DNA of 64,000 nucleotides, taken from NCBI GenBank assembly GCA_038087875.1, contig JAXLNO010000061.1, positions 62,001 through 126,000 of the forward strand, read 5' to 3'. The DNA comes from Malacoraja senta. Its lineage: Eukaryota. A model generated the notes under the pieces. That model was not told where the DNA came from and did no database searches. It saw only the letters and a program-made list of their open reading frames with translations. The translations under genes were made by a program, and so were the position numbers. Shown piece after piece: positions 10,591-22,959 of the stretch. The stretch's first letter is position 1, and each line of letters begins with the position of its first letter.

Positions 10591-12364
10591 GATGTCCCGA
10601 ACATCCAGGATTTCCCGGCCCATCTGGAAGGTGCGACCTTTTTCTCGAAGGTTGACCTTATTCGCGGGTATAATCAAATCCCGGTCCACCCCGACGACGT
10701 CCCTAAATCGGCGACCATTACCCCTTTCAGCCTTTTCGAATGGCTCAGAATGCCTTTTGGCTTGAAGAACGCTGCTCAGGCATTCCAAAGGCTAATGGAT
10801 CAGGTCGGTCATGGTTTGCCGTTCATTTTCATCTACCTGGATGATATCCTGGTAGCCAGCAGCTCACAGGAGGAGCATGTCAAGCACCTCCGCCTACTCT
10901 TCGAACGGCTGCGCAAACACGGGTTGGTGATCAACCCTGCGAAGTGCCAGTTCGGATTGCGCTCCATTTCTTACTTGGGTCATAGCATCACCTCCCACGG
11001 TGCGCAGCCACTGCCCGAGAAAGTCGACGCTATCCGTCACTTCCCGAGGCCCCTATCGGTCAAGGGTCTACAGGAGTTAATCGGGATGGTTAACTTCTAC
11101 CACCATTTCGTCCCGTCAGCAGCCTCTATCATGCGGCCGTTGTTCCAATGCCTGGCCGGTAAGCCCAAAGACCTGGTCTCGTCTAAGAAGGCACAGAAGG
11201 CATTCGAGGGGGCTAAAACCGCATTGGCCAACGCCACTATGCTGGAACACCCTAGGGCGTCAGCCCAAACGGCCCCCACCGTAGACGCTTCCGACGTCGC
11301 GGTAGGCAGCGTCCTCGAGCAGCATGTAGGTAGCCGCTGGGTGCCACTGGCATTTTTCAGCAGGCAGCTGTGAGCCCCCGAAGTTAAGTATAGCGCTTTC
11401 GACCGGGAGCTCCTCGCACTTTACCTAGCGATCCGCCATTTTCGCTATTTTTTGGAGGGGCGCGCTTTCACTGCATTCACAGATCACAAGCCACTGACGT
11501 TCGCTTGTGTCTGACCCCTGGTCTGCCAGACAGCAACGGCACCTCGCCTACATTTCCGAATTCACGTCCGATATTCGGCATGTGGCAGGGAAGCTGAACG
11601 TTGTGGCTGACGCGTTATCCCGTCCAGCGCTGCCTGAAGTCTCAGCGCTTAGCCTAGGCATTGATTATGAGGAGCTGGCCGCTGCCCAACAGGAGGTGGA
11701 GGTTTACCGCAATGCTGAATCAGGGCTCAAGCTGGTTAAGGTGCCCTGTGGCGCCGCCGGCATGCAAGTCCTTTGCAATATCTCCACGGGCAAAGCCCAT
11801 CCCATTGTCCCAGTCGCTTGGCGGCGTTGGATTTTCGACACCATCCACAGCCTAGCGCACCAGTCCATTCGCGCCACCTCTGCCTTGGTCGAGGCGAAGT
11901 TCATCTGGCACGGGTTAAGGAAGCAGGTCGCAGCATAGGCCCGTTCCTGCATCCCATGCCAGACTTCCAAGGTGCAGAGACATGTGCACCCGCCGGTCCA
12001 GGATTTTGCCGTCCCGGATGGCAGGTTACTGCACATCCATGTCGACCGGGTTGGTCACTTGCCATGTTCGCGCGGGGCTACTCACTTACTGACCATCGTG
12101 GACAGGTTTACCAGGTGGGCGGAGTCTATACTGTAAATCACTTCAAAGCATATAAGATTTACACACATCTTTATTCAGCACATTAACTTAGCAGCATTAC
12201 AGGTCTAGGTGTTGTCAGTTCATCCTGGCTGCTTCAACTAATGGTGCTGGGAATGGGCGTTAGTATAAATGTTATAATGGGGCGGAGTTAGTGATGCCAA
12301 CTAAGTGTGATTGATTCACATGCATCCTCAATCTACATCCTTTCCCCTAGAGATTAAAAGCATA

Positions 12365-14743
12365 TTAAACATACTCGCCATACCTGTCTGGTGGTCTACT
12401 AACACGGCCCGAACGCGTGCTGACCCAACCATCCCCTCCCTCAACTGAAAGATGAGGCGGGGAGGCTGAAGGTGAAAACCGCACGGGAGAGGATTGTGGT
12501 GACCGAGGGGGGAAACATGCGGTGGGTGAAACCCCGTGGTTATTGGAGACCGATAGACGTGGGGGAGTGGCAGGCATGCGGGGACGGGCGGGAGACATCG
12601 CGGAAGGCGGCTGGAACTGGAGCGGCGGAGCATATGGATCGGCAGGCGGCGGTCGCGGCTCCTTCACAGCAAGCAGGTGTTGACGACTTCTCCGGTAAAC
12701 CGCTCCCTCACAGTCCACAAGGTACGATCGCGGCTCATCAGTCGGGCGCACAACAACGCCCAGTCGAGAATGACCAGTTGGAGTCCGCAGACGGACGACC
12801 TGGCCCGGCAGTAGAGGCTGGAGTAGTCTGCTGGAGCTGTCGTATGACCGTTTCTGGGTATCGTGCTTCTCTTGGAGACGTTGCTGGATAGTGCCGGGCT
12901 TCAACACCCGAGGAACCAGCTGCTGTTGTGCGATGGGGACCGGAGACCTCGTCACCCTCGACAGCAGCCGCTGTGCTGGTGACCCCAAGATTCTGTCTCT
13001 CGGAATGTTTCTGAGGTTCAGCAGATCGAGATAGACGTCAGAGTTTGAAATGTGCGCTCCCTCCAGCAAGTGCTTGGCGCTCCTGACAGCGCGTTCAGCG
13101 AGTCCATTACTCTGTGGATACTCGGGACTGCTTGTGACGTGCTGGAAGTTCCATCGGTCAGCGAAAAGCTTGAACGAGTGGCTGGTGAACTGTGGACCAT
13201 TGTCGGTTCTCAGAATAACAGGAATGCCATGGTCTGAGAAATGTCTTTTCAGCTTCCTGATGACCATCACCGACGTGAGGGAGGTCAGTTGGTCAAGTTT
13301 GAACCAGTTGGAGTACGAGTCGACCAGAACGAGGTAGTGCTTACCGCACCATTCGAAAATGTCCGCAGCCATCGACAACCATGACAGGGCTGGTGAAGGT
13401 TGTTGCAGAAGGGGTTGCCGCTGCTGATGAGGTGCAAGATTGTTGCAAGTGGGGCAGGAGGCTACACGGTCCCGGATGTACTTGGCCATTCCAGGCCAGT
13501 AGAACAGATCCCGGGCGCATGCCAGTGTGGAGTCGGCTCCTGGGTGACCGCTGTGTACCTCTTTGAAGTACTCGTCTTGTAGCGATGCAGGTACAACTAC
13601 CATGTGGCCCTTGACGACCACACCATCCTGAACCACCAGTTCATCGCGGACCAGAAAGTACGGCTGCACCTCAGTGGGCGTGTTGGATTGTTTGCCTGGC
13701 CAGCCTGTCTTGATGATGGACGAGAGGGCTTGAAGCGTATCATCCTTGGCAGTGTGCGCGGCCAGGGTGCGCAGTTGCTTGCTGGAGATTAGACCAACAC
13801 CGAAAACAGTGAAATTCTCCTGTTCGTGTGGGTGTTGTTCGCAAGATGTGCGAGGGGCACGAGACAGTGTGTCAGCAACATGCATGTCCTTGCCCTTTTT
13901 GTAGGTAATAGAGAAGTCGTACCGCTGCAGCTGCATCATCATGCGCTGCAAACGAGCTGGGGTGGCGTGGATAGGCTTGTTCAAGATTGTCACCAGTGGT
14001 TGGTGGTCCGTCTCAACCATGAACGTGTTGCCAAAGACGAAGTCGTGGAATTTGGAGCAGGCAAAGACGACCGCCAGCAGTTCCTTTTCGATTTGCGCGT
14101 AGTGCTGCTCCGTGTCGGTCATGGTGCGAGAGGCATACGCGACGGGTAGTAGGGTACCATCATCAGACGGTTGTAGGCAGGCTGCGCTGAGCCCGAATTT
14201 CGAGGCATCGCAGGTGATCACCACCTGACGTTTCAGGTCGAAAAAAGTCAGGGTCGGTGCACTGGTCAGTTTTGATTTCAGAACATCGAAGGCATCCTGA
14301 TGTTGCTGGAACCATGACCATGCTGTGTCCTTTTTTGTCAGCTGCCGCAATGTGGAGCTTAATTCGCTGAGGTTAGGTATGAACTTTCCGAGATAGTTTA
14401 CCATACCCAGGAAACGTTGCAGGTCTTTCACGTCAGTAGGTGCAGGCATTTCTGTGATGGCAGAAGTCTTCTTCGGATCCGGTTTGAGGCCATCAGGGGT
14501 GAAGATGTGGCCGACATAGGAGACCTCTGGAACCCTGAACTTGCACTTGTCAGGATTGAGTTTGAGGTTGATCTTGACAGCACGCTCCAAAATGAGCCTG
14601 AGATTGTGGTCATGTTCCGCCGCGTCCTTGCCATAGACCAGAATATCATCGACAATAATGGCACAAGGCAGTCCCTCGAACAATTGTTCCATAGTTCTTT
14701 GGAAGACTTCGCTGGCAGAGTTGATCCCGAATGGCATTCTCAA
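12365..14743 (-). CDS. Gypsy B pol: RT C-part, RNase H, integrase
   Basis: 792 aa; RMPFG, IVDDIL, CDASK, ETDHQPL, H-H-C-C, TDNGPQF, PQSNGLAER. RT N-part lies in another frame (14740..15153). Confidence 0.92.
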   Translation of the reverse strand: MRMPFGINSASEVFQRTMEQLFEGLPCAIIVDDILVYGKDAAEHDHNLRLILERAVKINLKLNPDKCKFRVPEVSYVGHIFTPDGLKPDPKKTSAITEMPAPTDVKDLQRFLGMVNYLGKFIPNLSELSSTLRQLTKKDTAWSWFQQHQDAFDVLKSKLTSAPTLTFFDLKRQVVITCDASKFGLSAACLQPSDDGTLLPVAYASRTMTDTEQHYAQIEKELLAVVFACSKFHDFVFGNTFMVETDHQPLVTILNKPIHATPARLQRMMMQLQRYDFSITYKKGKDMHVADTLSRAPRTSCEQHPHEQENFTVFGVGLISSKQLRTLAAHTAKDDTLQALSSIIKTGWPGKQSNTPTEVQPYFLVRDELVVQDGVVVKGHMVVVPASLQDEYFKEVHSGHPGADSTLACARDLFYWPGMAKYIRDRVASCPTCNNLAPHQQRQPLLQQPSPALSWLSMAADIFEWCGKHYLVLVDSYSNWFKLDQLTSLTSVMVIRKLKRHFSDHGIPVILRTDNGPQFTSHSFKLFADRWNFQHVTSSPEYPQSNGLAERAVRSAKHLLEGAHISNSDVYLDLLNLRNIPRDRILGSPAQRLLSRVTRSPVPIAQQQLVPRVLKPGTIQQRLQEKHDTQKRSYDSSSRLLQPLLPGQVVRLRTPTGHSRLGVVVRPTDEPRSYLVDCEGAVYRRSRQHLLAVKEPRPPPADPYAPPLQFQPPSAMSPARPRMPATPPRLSVSNNHGVSPTACFPPRSPQSSPVRFSPSASPPHLSVEGGDGWVSTRSGRVSRPPDRYGEYV

Positions 14744-15343
14744 AACTTAAATCTGCCGAATGGGGTAGCAAATGTGGTAAGGTTTGATGACCTCTTGTCC
14801 AGCGGTATCTGCCAGAATGAGTTCTTTGCATCTAGGACGGAAAATAGGGTGGCCGTTCCGATCTTTGCTGCAACATCCACTACTGTCTTCATGGGATGGT
14901 GTGGGCGCTTAATGGCAGTGTTCAGGTCTTTTGGATTAATGCACAGGCGGATTTCATCCTTTCCCTTCTTGACTGTGGCAATCATGGTTGAGACCCAGTC
15001 GGTGGGGTCACTGTCTGCTTCAATTACGCCTTTGGAGACCATGTCCTTCAGCATAGAGTGAACCCTGTCAGTCATGGCAAATGACAATCTGTGTGGGTTT
15101 CGGACAACGGGTGTCACGTCGGGGTCGATTGTAATCTTGTAGGACACAGGCAACTTGCCTAGGTTGTTGTCGAAAAGACCAGGGAAGTCACTCAGTGGAT
15201 CAAAGGAAACTTGCAGTTTGTGGACAGTTTTGTCAAAGGAAATCAGCCCTAGTTCCTGACGGCACGATTGCCAAGCAGGGTAACCGAATTAAAGTTCAGT
15301 ACATGGAAAGTCAATTCCCTAGTTGTTTTCTTCAGTACACATT

Positions 15344-16504
15344 TCAAGTCGGCTTTGCCCAGAGGAAATAGCACCTCCCCACCAAAAGCATGCAAAGTGG
15401 ACGCGTCCTGGACAAGTGGCTCGTTAGCCCTGATCCTGTTAAAAAGGTTGATTGACATTGTATTGACTCTGGCCCCGTGTCAAGTTTCGCGCCAAAAGCA
15501 ACATTGTTTACAGATATCGTAACTGTAGGATCAGAGTTCTTGGCAGCAGCATTCTGTAACATGTAAACAGTAGGATCCTCTTGCGAGTCAAATGAAGTAC
15601 ATTCGGGGGCGGCTTCGAGCTGGAAATGGGGAGTCAATGTGTTACTGTCTCGTTGCAAAAAATTGAGATTAGACCTAGGACTGGGCACATTCCTTCCTCG
15701 GGCCCTGATAGCAGCCCAACAGGCTGAGGCAAAGTGATTTAGCTTTTTGCAGTAATTACAAGCCTTCCCGAGGGCGGGGCAGGTGGATTGCCTGCTGTGT
15801 ATATAGCCGCAGTTAGGACATTTCTGTGAAGGAACGCTGAGAGCTGCCTGGCTAGCTTGGATCTTAGATCGGCTGTTATCTGTGTATGTCCGCTGCCTAG
15901 TGAGGCCCGTCAGATTGATGGTATTGCTTTCATGCGGAATGTCAATAGGATCAACAAGTTCAGCCGTTCTACACACGTTTAGCGACAACTCTGGCCGTCT
16001 CAATAGCTCTGATCTGAGCTTTTGATCGGTGATACCATTCACTAAAATATCCCTCGTTAACTGATCAGTCAACTGATCCGCAGGCATTTCCTGAAATCGA
16101 CAACGTTGTGCTAGATACATCAAAGAGGAAATATATGCATCCGCTCGTTCCCCGGGAAGTTGACGACGAGAGAAAAACCTTGCCCTGTCCAAAATGTGAT
16201 TTGAGGGCAGGTCACAGATCTGAGCCAGTTTACGCAGCAAAACATTAGGGTCAGCGGGAGACTCCGCCGGTGTAATTACCTGGCCCTGGGCATCAAGGAT
16301 AGTCGGAGCATAGCGGAATGTTCTGGATCGATGAAGGGCACCAGGTCCCGCAAGGTTGAGCAAAAGAGAAGCCTTAACAGCATCTGGTTCATTTCGGTGT
16401 ACAATGTTGATGTAGTGCTGGTAATCAATTTCAAACGTGGCCCAGCGTTCGCTGATATCGGCATCAAAGACAAGAGGCTCAGGCTTCCGACAAGAAGTAG
16501 CCAT
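15344..16504 (-). CDS. Gypsy B gag with two Zn knuckles and start of protease
   Basis: ORF 15344..16519 (ATG at 16504); CPNCGYIH..C, CNYCKKLNHFASAC, KLDTG. Confidence 0.88.
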   Translation of the reverse strand: MATSCRKPEPLVFDADISERWATFEIDYQHYINIVHRNEPDAVKASLLLNLAGPGALHRSRTFRYAPTILDAQGQVITPAESPADPNVLLRKLAQICDLPSNHILDRARFFSRRQLPGERADAYISSLMYLAQRCRFQEMPADQLTDQLTRDILVNGITDQKLRSELLRRPELSLNVCRTAELVDPIDIPHESNTINLTGLTRQRTYTDNSRSKIQASQAALSVPSQKCPNCGYIHSRQSTCPALGKACNYCKKLNHFASACWAAIRARGRNVPSPRSNLNFLQRDSNTLTPHFQLEAAPECTSFDSQEDPTVYMLQNAAAKNSDPTVTISVNNVAFGAKLDTGPESIQCQSTFLTGSGLTSHLSRTRPLCMLLVGRCYFLWAKPT

Positions 16505-18604
16505 CGTGAAGTAAAGCAATACTCACAAAATAGAAAATAAAAACCGTTATACAAGAGGATTGGGTATGACCACATCTGACGCCATGTAAATCACTTCAAA
16601 GCATATAAGATTTACACACATCTTTATTCAGCACATTAACTTAGCAGCATTACAGGTCTAGGTGTTGTCAGTTCATCCTGGCTGCTTCAACTAATGGTGC
16701 TGGGAATGGGCGTTAGTATAAATGTTATAATGGGGCGGAGTTAGTGATGCCAACTAAGTGTGATTGATTCACATGCATCATCAATCTACAAATACCATTA
16801 ACGGAAACCTCCGCGTAGGCATGCGCGAGGTCCATTGTCTCCAATTAGATCGTTCGTTTCGGGGTCCCCTCAGATATTAGTACCGATCGTGGGGCCCAGT
16901 TCACGTCCTCCCTGCGGTGCGGTATGGCGCGAAGCTGCATCAGTCTACCGCTTATCACCCAGAGTCCAACGGGTTGGTTGAGCGTTCCCACAGGCACCTC
17001 AAGTCGGCGTTGAAAGCTCGACTCACCGGCCCAGATTGGGTCGACCAGTTACCTTGGGTCCTCCTAGGCATCAGAACAACACCTAAGGAGGACCTCAAAG
17101 CCTCCTCGGCCGAGTTGGTTTATGGCTCGGTTTTGCGAGTTTCCCGGGATTTCTTGCCCGTCCCTCCGGACCAGGAGGTTTCATCCTCACAGTTGTTAGC
17201 GGACCTTCGCGAGCGGGCGCGCGCTTTGGTCCCGGTTCCCATTTCCCGGCATGGTTCGTCTTTGGTGCATGTACCTACTATGTTACGGGATTGTGCTTAT
17301 GGGTTGGACATGGGTGGCAAGGAGGAGTTCCTCTCCGTGAGCCGTCTTAAGCCAGCACACGTTGACGAGGATAGCCCAGTGACAGTGGCTACTCCGCGGC
17401 GTAGAGGGCGTCCACCAGCCGTTTTACCGCCCTCTGCACCTGTTACCCCCGGTCATGTTTCGCCGGTCCCCTTTGTTACGCCCGTCCCTCGTTCGCGTTT
17501 TTCGCGCCCCTCCGGTCCTGTTCTGCCAGTCCCTACAGTTATGCTCACCCCGCGACCTCGGACTACGCGTTCCGGTCGAACCGTCCGTTTACCCGTGCGT
17601 TTCCATACCGCGGATTCTGGGGTTGGGGGGGCCATGTAGCGGCGCCTGCTGGCGTACGCAGAGATCGAACCCGGCGTTCGGAAGCTGCGGTCACGTGACT
17701 CGGGAGGGGCCGCTTGTTTCGCACGGTTTTTACTTGCGCGCGTTAGTTCAGCGCTGACCACCGTTGTGGGCAGACGTGTCTGAAGAACCTGTATTCTGGA
17801 GATCGAACTTTCGAATAAAGATCTGTTGGAAACCCCAGTTGTCGTTCTTCAGACCGCCAAATCATGCCAAATCCCGCGTAAAGAGAGAGAAGAGCAGGGT
17901 GACTATCGCCTGGTTCAGTGCTGTAAGGGTAGACATATAGGCTTATCCTCCCAATCACCATCAGCCACCGTGTATTGCGGTGTGCTGTGGCAATAACTTC
18001 CCCCTTGCGAGGGGTCCCCCGCCGGGGACCAAAACCCACACCTTCCAGACATCTTCCTGATGTTCTTTTGTCGGTGTTATGTCATCTGGCTCGACTGCAA
18101 CAGCTAGATGTCGGCTTGCAGGTGTCCCACCTGTCACAGGTCATTGGTTGAAGTTGTTTACTGCTTGCTGTAACAGGAGGGCCCACTCATTTAGCATGCG
18201 GGATTTACATATTCTATTGTGCTGCAGCAAGCAAGAATTTCATTCTCCTATCTGGGACACATGACAAAAAAATTCTCTTGACTTGACTTGAGTTTTTTTT
18301 TAATACCATCGCCTCCACAACCCTCTAGGGGGAGATTCAACACTGCATGAAAAAATGTCATCCGGCCATTCTCTGCACAGATGTAGATTGACACATTATC
18401 AGTGTGCCAAATCCTCAGGAAAGATATTTAAACAAATTGTGCATCAAGCAACATAATTTAATTGGATGTGCAAAGTGGAACCGAAAGTAAAATCAGATAC
18501 CGCTAGAAATACTCAGCGGGTCAGATAGCGACGATGAAAGAGAAAGTGGTAACTTATCGGATTGATACCATAATGCTAATTAGGGATAGATAAGATCTCG
18601 GTTA

Positions 18605-18762
18605 CCATTGGTTGAAATTTAGGAACGTTCCTCTTTTAGTCTGCTATCGATCACCAATCGGAAAGAAAGGGTAAACAATTGACCAATGAAAAACGGCTCC
18701 AACTTTTAAAAAAATCTGTGACGAAGATATAAAAAGAGCTGCGATCCGCAGATTCAGGTTCA
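18605..18762 (+). promoter_or_regulatory. Histone H2A promoter (CCAAT boxes and TATA), displaced from the gene by a LINE insertion
   Basis: ATTGG ~18607, CCAAT ~18654 and ~18683, TATAAAA 18728-18734. Removing the TSD-flanked insertion places TATA ~55 nt upstream of the ATG. Confidence 0.75.
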
Positions 18763-19514
18763 GATCCACAGTATTGGGTCTGGTGCATCCCATAGGCGGC
18801 CTGACTTAGCGTATGAAATCCTGCTACTATTAAACCAAGTGACAAGAAGGGGCAGTGACGTGACGTTGTTGTGGGTCCCAGCACACATTGGTGTTCTAGG
18901 GAATGAAAAGGTGGATAAATTGGCAAAGGAGGCTGTAAAAAAAAGAAACGTAGAGGTAAACTTACAACTATCCAAATCTGAAGGAAAACACATTGTGTGG
19001 AAGAAAATAAATCAGGAATGGCAACAATACTGGGAACAGGAGACAAAGGGGAGACACCTCTATACGCTACAAAACAGAGTGGGCATTACAGCAAGAAGAG
19101 GGGGGAACAGGAGGGAACAGGTAGTATTATCAAGATTGAGGATAGGACACACTCACCTGAACAGCACATTAAAAATATTGGGAAAACACCCTATTGGGCT
19201 GTGTGAGGAATGCCATCAGCCAGAAACAGTTCAGCATGCCCTAATTGCATGTAGGAGATATGAGACAGAAAGAGGATTGATGATCATTGAAATGAGGAAC
19301 ATTGGATTGACAGAAATATCAGTAAAGAACATTCTAGAGTGTGGAGGGAAAGGAAAAGGAATAAAGTTGTTGTTTGATTTTTTTAGGGCCTCTGGGCTTA
19401 TAAAAAGGATATAGTTAAAGACATGAGTACGGTGGAATGAAGACAGAAGGTGGCAGCAATGCAACATTGCGGATGCCGGCTGCCGTAAAACTCCAAAGAA
19501 GAAGAAGAACAACA
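18763..19514 (+). mobile_element. 5'-truncated Nimb/I-clade LINE (RNase H end and Zn knuckle) with 13-bp TSD
   Basis: LWVPAHIGVLGNEKVDKLAK, SRLRIGHT, CEECHQPETVQHALIAC; (AAG)n tail; AGATTCAGGTTCA at 18750-18762 and 19515-19527. Confidence 0.9.
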
Positions 19515-19550
19515 AGATTCAGGTTCATTTGGTTTCTGTAGAGAGTGAAA

Positions 19551-19930
<380 letters not shown>

Positions 19931-19960
19931 TGACATCAACATAACCCAACTGGAGCAAAA

Positions 19961-20000
19961 GGTTCTTTTCAGAGCCATTAACCATATCCCTGAAGAGTTT
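19961..20000 (+). terminator. Histone 3' stem-loop and downstream purine-rich element
   Basis: GGTTCTTTTCAGAGCC at 19961-19976 (consensus GGCTCTTTTCAGAGCC), preceded by AAAA; GAAGAGTT ~16 nt downstream. Confidence 0.9.
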
Positions 20001-21014
20001 TAACCTGCTGTAATATATTTTAATAGAAAAAATCTGTAGCTTTAGTTTATAGAAATAATATGGAAACATGCCCACCGAATCCACGCCGACCATCGTTCAA
20101 CCTTCACCGAGGTGTTCCATGTTTGTCATCGGCTCCATACACATTGTGGTAATTTAAGGAGAAATTATTCTACAAATCCACATGTCTTTCTGACCTGAGG
20201 TCAGGATCGAACCAGTGCCTTTTAGCCGCTGCGCGCTGTACTAGAATCCACCGCACAGCATGTTAACACGTTATTTGTTGTTTCTGCAAATATAAGACGT
20301 GTATTTAAAAAAATAATGAATAAAATCATTGTTGAAAGGAGTGCAGATAAGATTTACATGGATGTTGCCAGTTCTTTAGGGTCTAAGCGATAAGGAGAGG
20401 TTAATCAGACCATATCTGATTATTGTATGTAAAGCTGGACTACTTTTCTAAAAAGTGATGCTATAAAGGGTGTGCGGCAAAGATTCGCAAGACTGTTACC
20501 TGGGATTGGGGGACAGCAATATGAGGAGACTGAGTAGTCTCAACCTCTTTAGAAGTCCACTGCTGATTTTACGGCAACTGATGTTCCGGAACTTTCTTTA
20601 ATCCGGACAACATTATGAAAGCGCACCGCCATGTGAATCACTTATGGGATAGGAGCCAACCTGGGCTCACCAAAATCACTATTCAGTGCATTGTTAGAAT
20701 ATACAGCGCTTCAACGAATATTAGATGATAATGGTAGCAGATGCAAGTGTCTGTGTAGAATCAAATGGATGTTGCTGAATAATTGCACATGTAGGATAAC
20801 TGATGCATTTCTATCATATATTGTGGTACCAAACCTGGGATAATGCAGTTCAGGTTTCACCACCTTGCAGCTGGGTTGCCCCGTGCATTTTGCAGTGGTT
20901 GAGTTATTTTCAGTCAAATCGCCGAATCCAGAGAAATTTGGGCGCGCTCACCGTGAATGTGCCGGGCCATGGATGTCCGACCTTGGGCATGGCGGTGATG
21001 CACTCAGTGTGGAT

Positions 21015-21050
21015 CAAAGATACTAGAGGAGCACTCCTCTAGTATCTTTG
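21015..21050. mobile_element. 36-bp hairpin insertion with perfect 8-bp TSD
   Basis: CAAAGATACTAGAGGAG-CA-CTCCTCTAGTATCTTTG; GTGTGGAT at 21007-21014 and 21051-21058. Confidence 0.9.
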
Positions 21051-21628
21051 GTGTGGATGGTTCACAGGTTGGTGTCCTGTGTCACAAGGCTTTGTGTTAA
21101 AGGCAGCAAAAAATCAGGGTAGCAGTTTTGCTACATACAGCAAATTATCTACATTCCAGAATTTACTTCTAAATCACTTTCCATATCAGACCTAACCAGA
21201 CTTCGACCATAGATATTCATTAACCCTCACTTACGATATTACCATTCCTTGCTTTTTCTTTACATTTCTCTTGTTACTGTCTTGCAGGCTTTTCATGTGC
21301 TCTTTATGTATGATTTACGTTTGTGTGTGTTTATCTTGGTCTATGTGCCTGTCATCCTACTGCAAACAAGATTTCATTTGTCAACAATACATCAACAATA
21401 AACTTGATTTGACTTAAATTAAATAACATTAACATCACATGGATTTCCAATTTATACAGAGAATGTTCTACATTATTTGTGACTTTATTGTATGGACACA
21501 GCTGATTACCTGTTGAAGAGAAGAAGTTAAATTCAAATAATTAGCTGCAACCATTTTAGTGTTGCCAGCTGAGCCATTCATTTAAATGTTGGTGACCTTG
21601 TTGAGGGTTATCTCAATGTATTGAATGA

Positions 21629-22432
21629 CATAGAAACATAGAAAATAAGTGCAGGTGGAGGCCATTCGGCCCTTCGAGCCAGCACCGCCATTCATTGTGC
21701 TCATGGCTGATCGTCCCCTATCAATAACCCGTGCCTGCCTTCTCCCCATATCCCTTGACTCCACTAGCCCCTAGAGCTCTATCTAACTCTTTCTTAAATC
21801 CATCCAGTGATTTGGCCTCCACTGCCCTCTGTGGCAGGGAATTCCATAAATTCACAACTCCCTGGGAGAAAAAGTTTTTTCTCACCTCAGTCTTAAATTA
21901 CCTCCCCTTTATTCTAAGACTGTGGCCCCTGGTTCTGGACACCCAACATTGGGAACATTTTTCCTGCATCTAACTTGACCAGTCCTTTTATAATATTATA
22001 TGTTTCTATAAGATCCTCCCTCATCCTTCTAAACTCCAGCGAATACAAGCCTAGTCTTTTCAATCTTTCCTCATATGACAGTCCCGCCATCCCAGGGATC
22101 AATCTCGTGAACCTACGCTGCACTGCCTCAATCACAAGGATGTCCTTCCTCAAATTAGGAGACCAAAACTGTACACAATACTCCAGATGTGGTCTGACCA
22201 GAGCCCTGTACAACTGCAGAAGGACCTCTCTACTCCTATACTGAAATCCTCTTGTTATGAAGGTCAACATTCCATTAGCTTTCTTCACTGCCTGCTGTAC
22301 CTGCACACCAACCTTTAGTGACTGGTGTACAAGGACACCCAGGTCTCGCTGTAACTCCCCCTTACCTAACCTAACCCCGTTGAAATAATAATCTGCCCCC
22401 CTTGTTTTTGCCGCCAAAGTGGATAACCTCAC
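21629..22432 (-). mobile_element. CR1 LINE 3' fragment with (TTCTATGT)n tail
   Basis: ORF 21914..22597: RPHLEYCVQFWSP, EFRRMREDLI. Confidence 0.93.
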
Positions 22433-22959
22433 ATAAGAAACAAGTAAAAATTGAAACATGATGTTACACTTCAAGATTTTGTGACAGAAAAAAATGCAGA
22501 AATGAATTAATAACTTTCTGGAGTGTGCAATGTTTTCAAACTTTTGCAATACAATGTAAAATTTAGCAAGAATAGCAGGAAAAAATCCTAAAGTCAATCA
22601 AATATTTGGATTGAAATTGTCCAAATAAACAATCTTTGGGATATTTTAAAGCCATTTAACATCATTCAAATTTCTGAAATTGACGGTTTCATTTGCAGGT
22701 TTGAAAATTCAAATCTGCCAACGGCCACCAGTGAACTGTGGTTCCAGTTAACCATGTCCAGATTAACCGGACATCTCATTTGCAAAATGGACCGAAATAT
22801 ACCTGAAAATTGCATAGTTACAGCCAATCAGAAAGCTGCATCCTTGCCATCCTTGCATCCAACCAATGAGATTAACGGATGCCGATGACGACTGTTTTGA
22901 TGCTCGAATAGCACCGCGTCCCACAGATGGTCAGTGAGACATTTGGACTGTGCGTGAGT

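Larger units (their letters stand above)
12132..16790 (-). mobile_element. Full-length Gypsy LTR retrotransposon B (Mag-like) nested in Gypsy A integrase
   Basis: 206-bp LTRs at 12132-12337 and 16585-16790 (TGTA..TACA), PBS TGGCGTCAGATGTGG, PPT AGGGGAAAGGA, TSD TATAC/AATAC; gag, protease, RT, RNase H, integrase. Confidence 0.96.
9760..17860 (+). mobile_element. Gypsy LTR retrotransposon A (degraded pol and 3' LTR; 5' LTR and gag missing), host of two insertions
   Basis: Protease end [43 protein letters not shown]; RNase H VDASD; integrase HPESNGLVER. G-rich PPT then TGTAGCGG LTR at 17635 to ~17860 containing AATAAA. Confidence 0.9.

Noticed and set aside
12328..15522. Many short plus-strand and alternate-frame ORFs
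   Set aside because: Shadow frames of the GC-rich Gypsy B pol, with no recognisable motifs.
22780..22950. Two CCAAT boxes suggesting another histone promoter
   Set aside because: No TATA box or histone coding sequence follows; flanked by CR1 debris.
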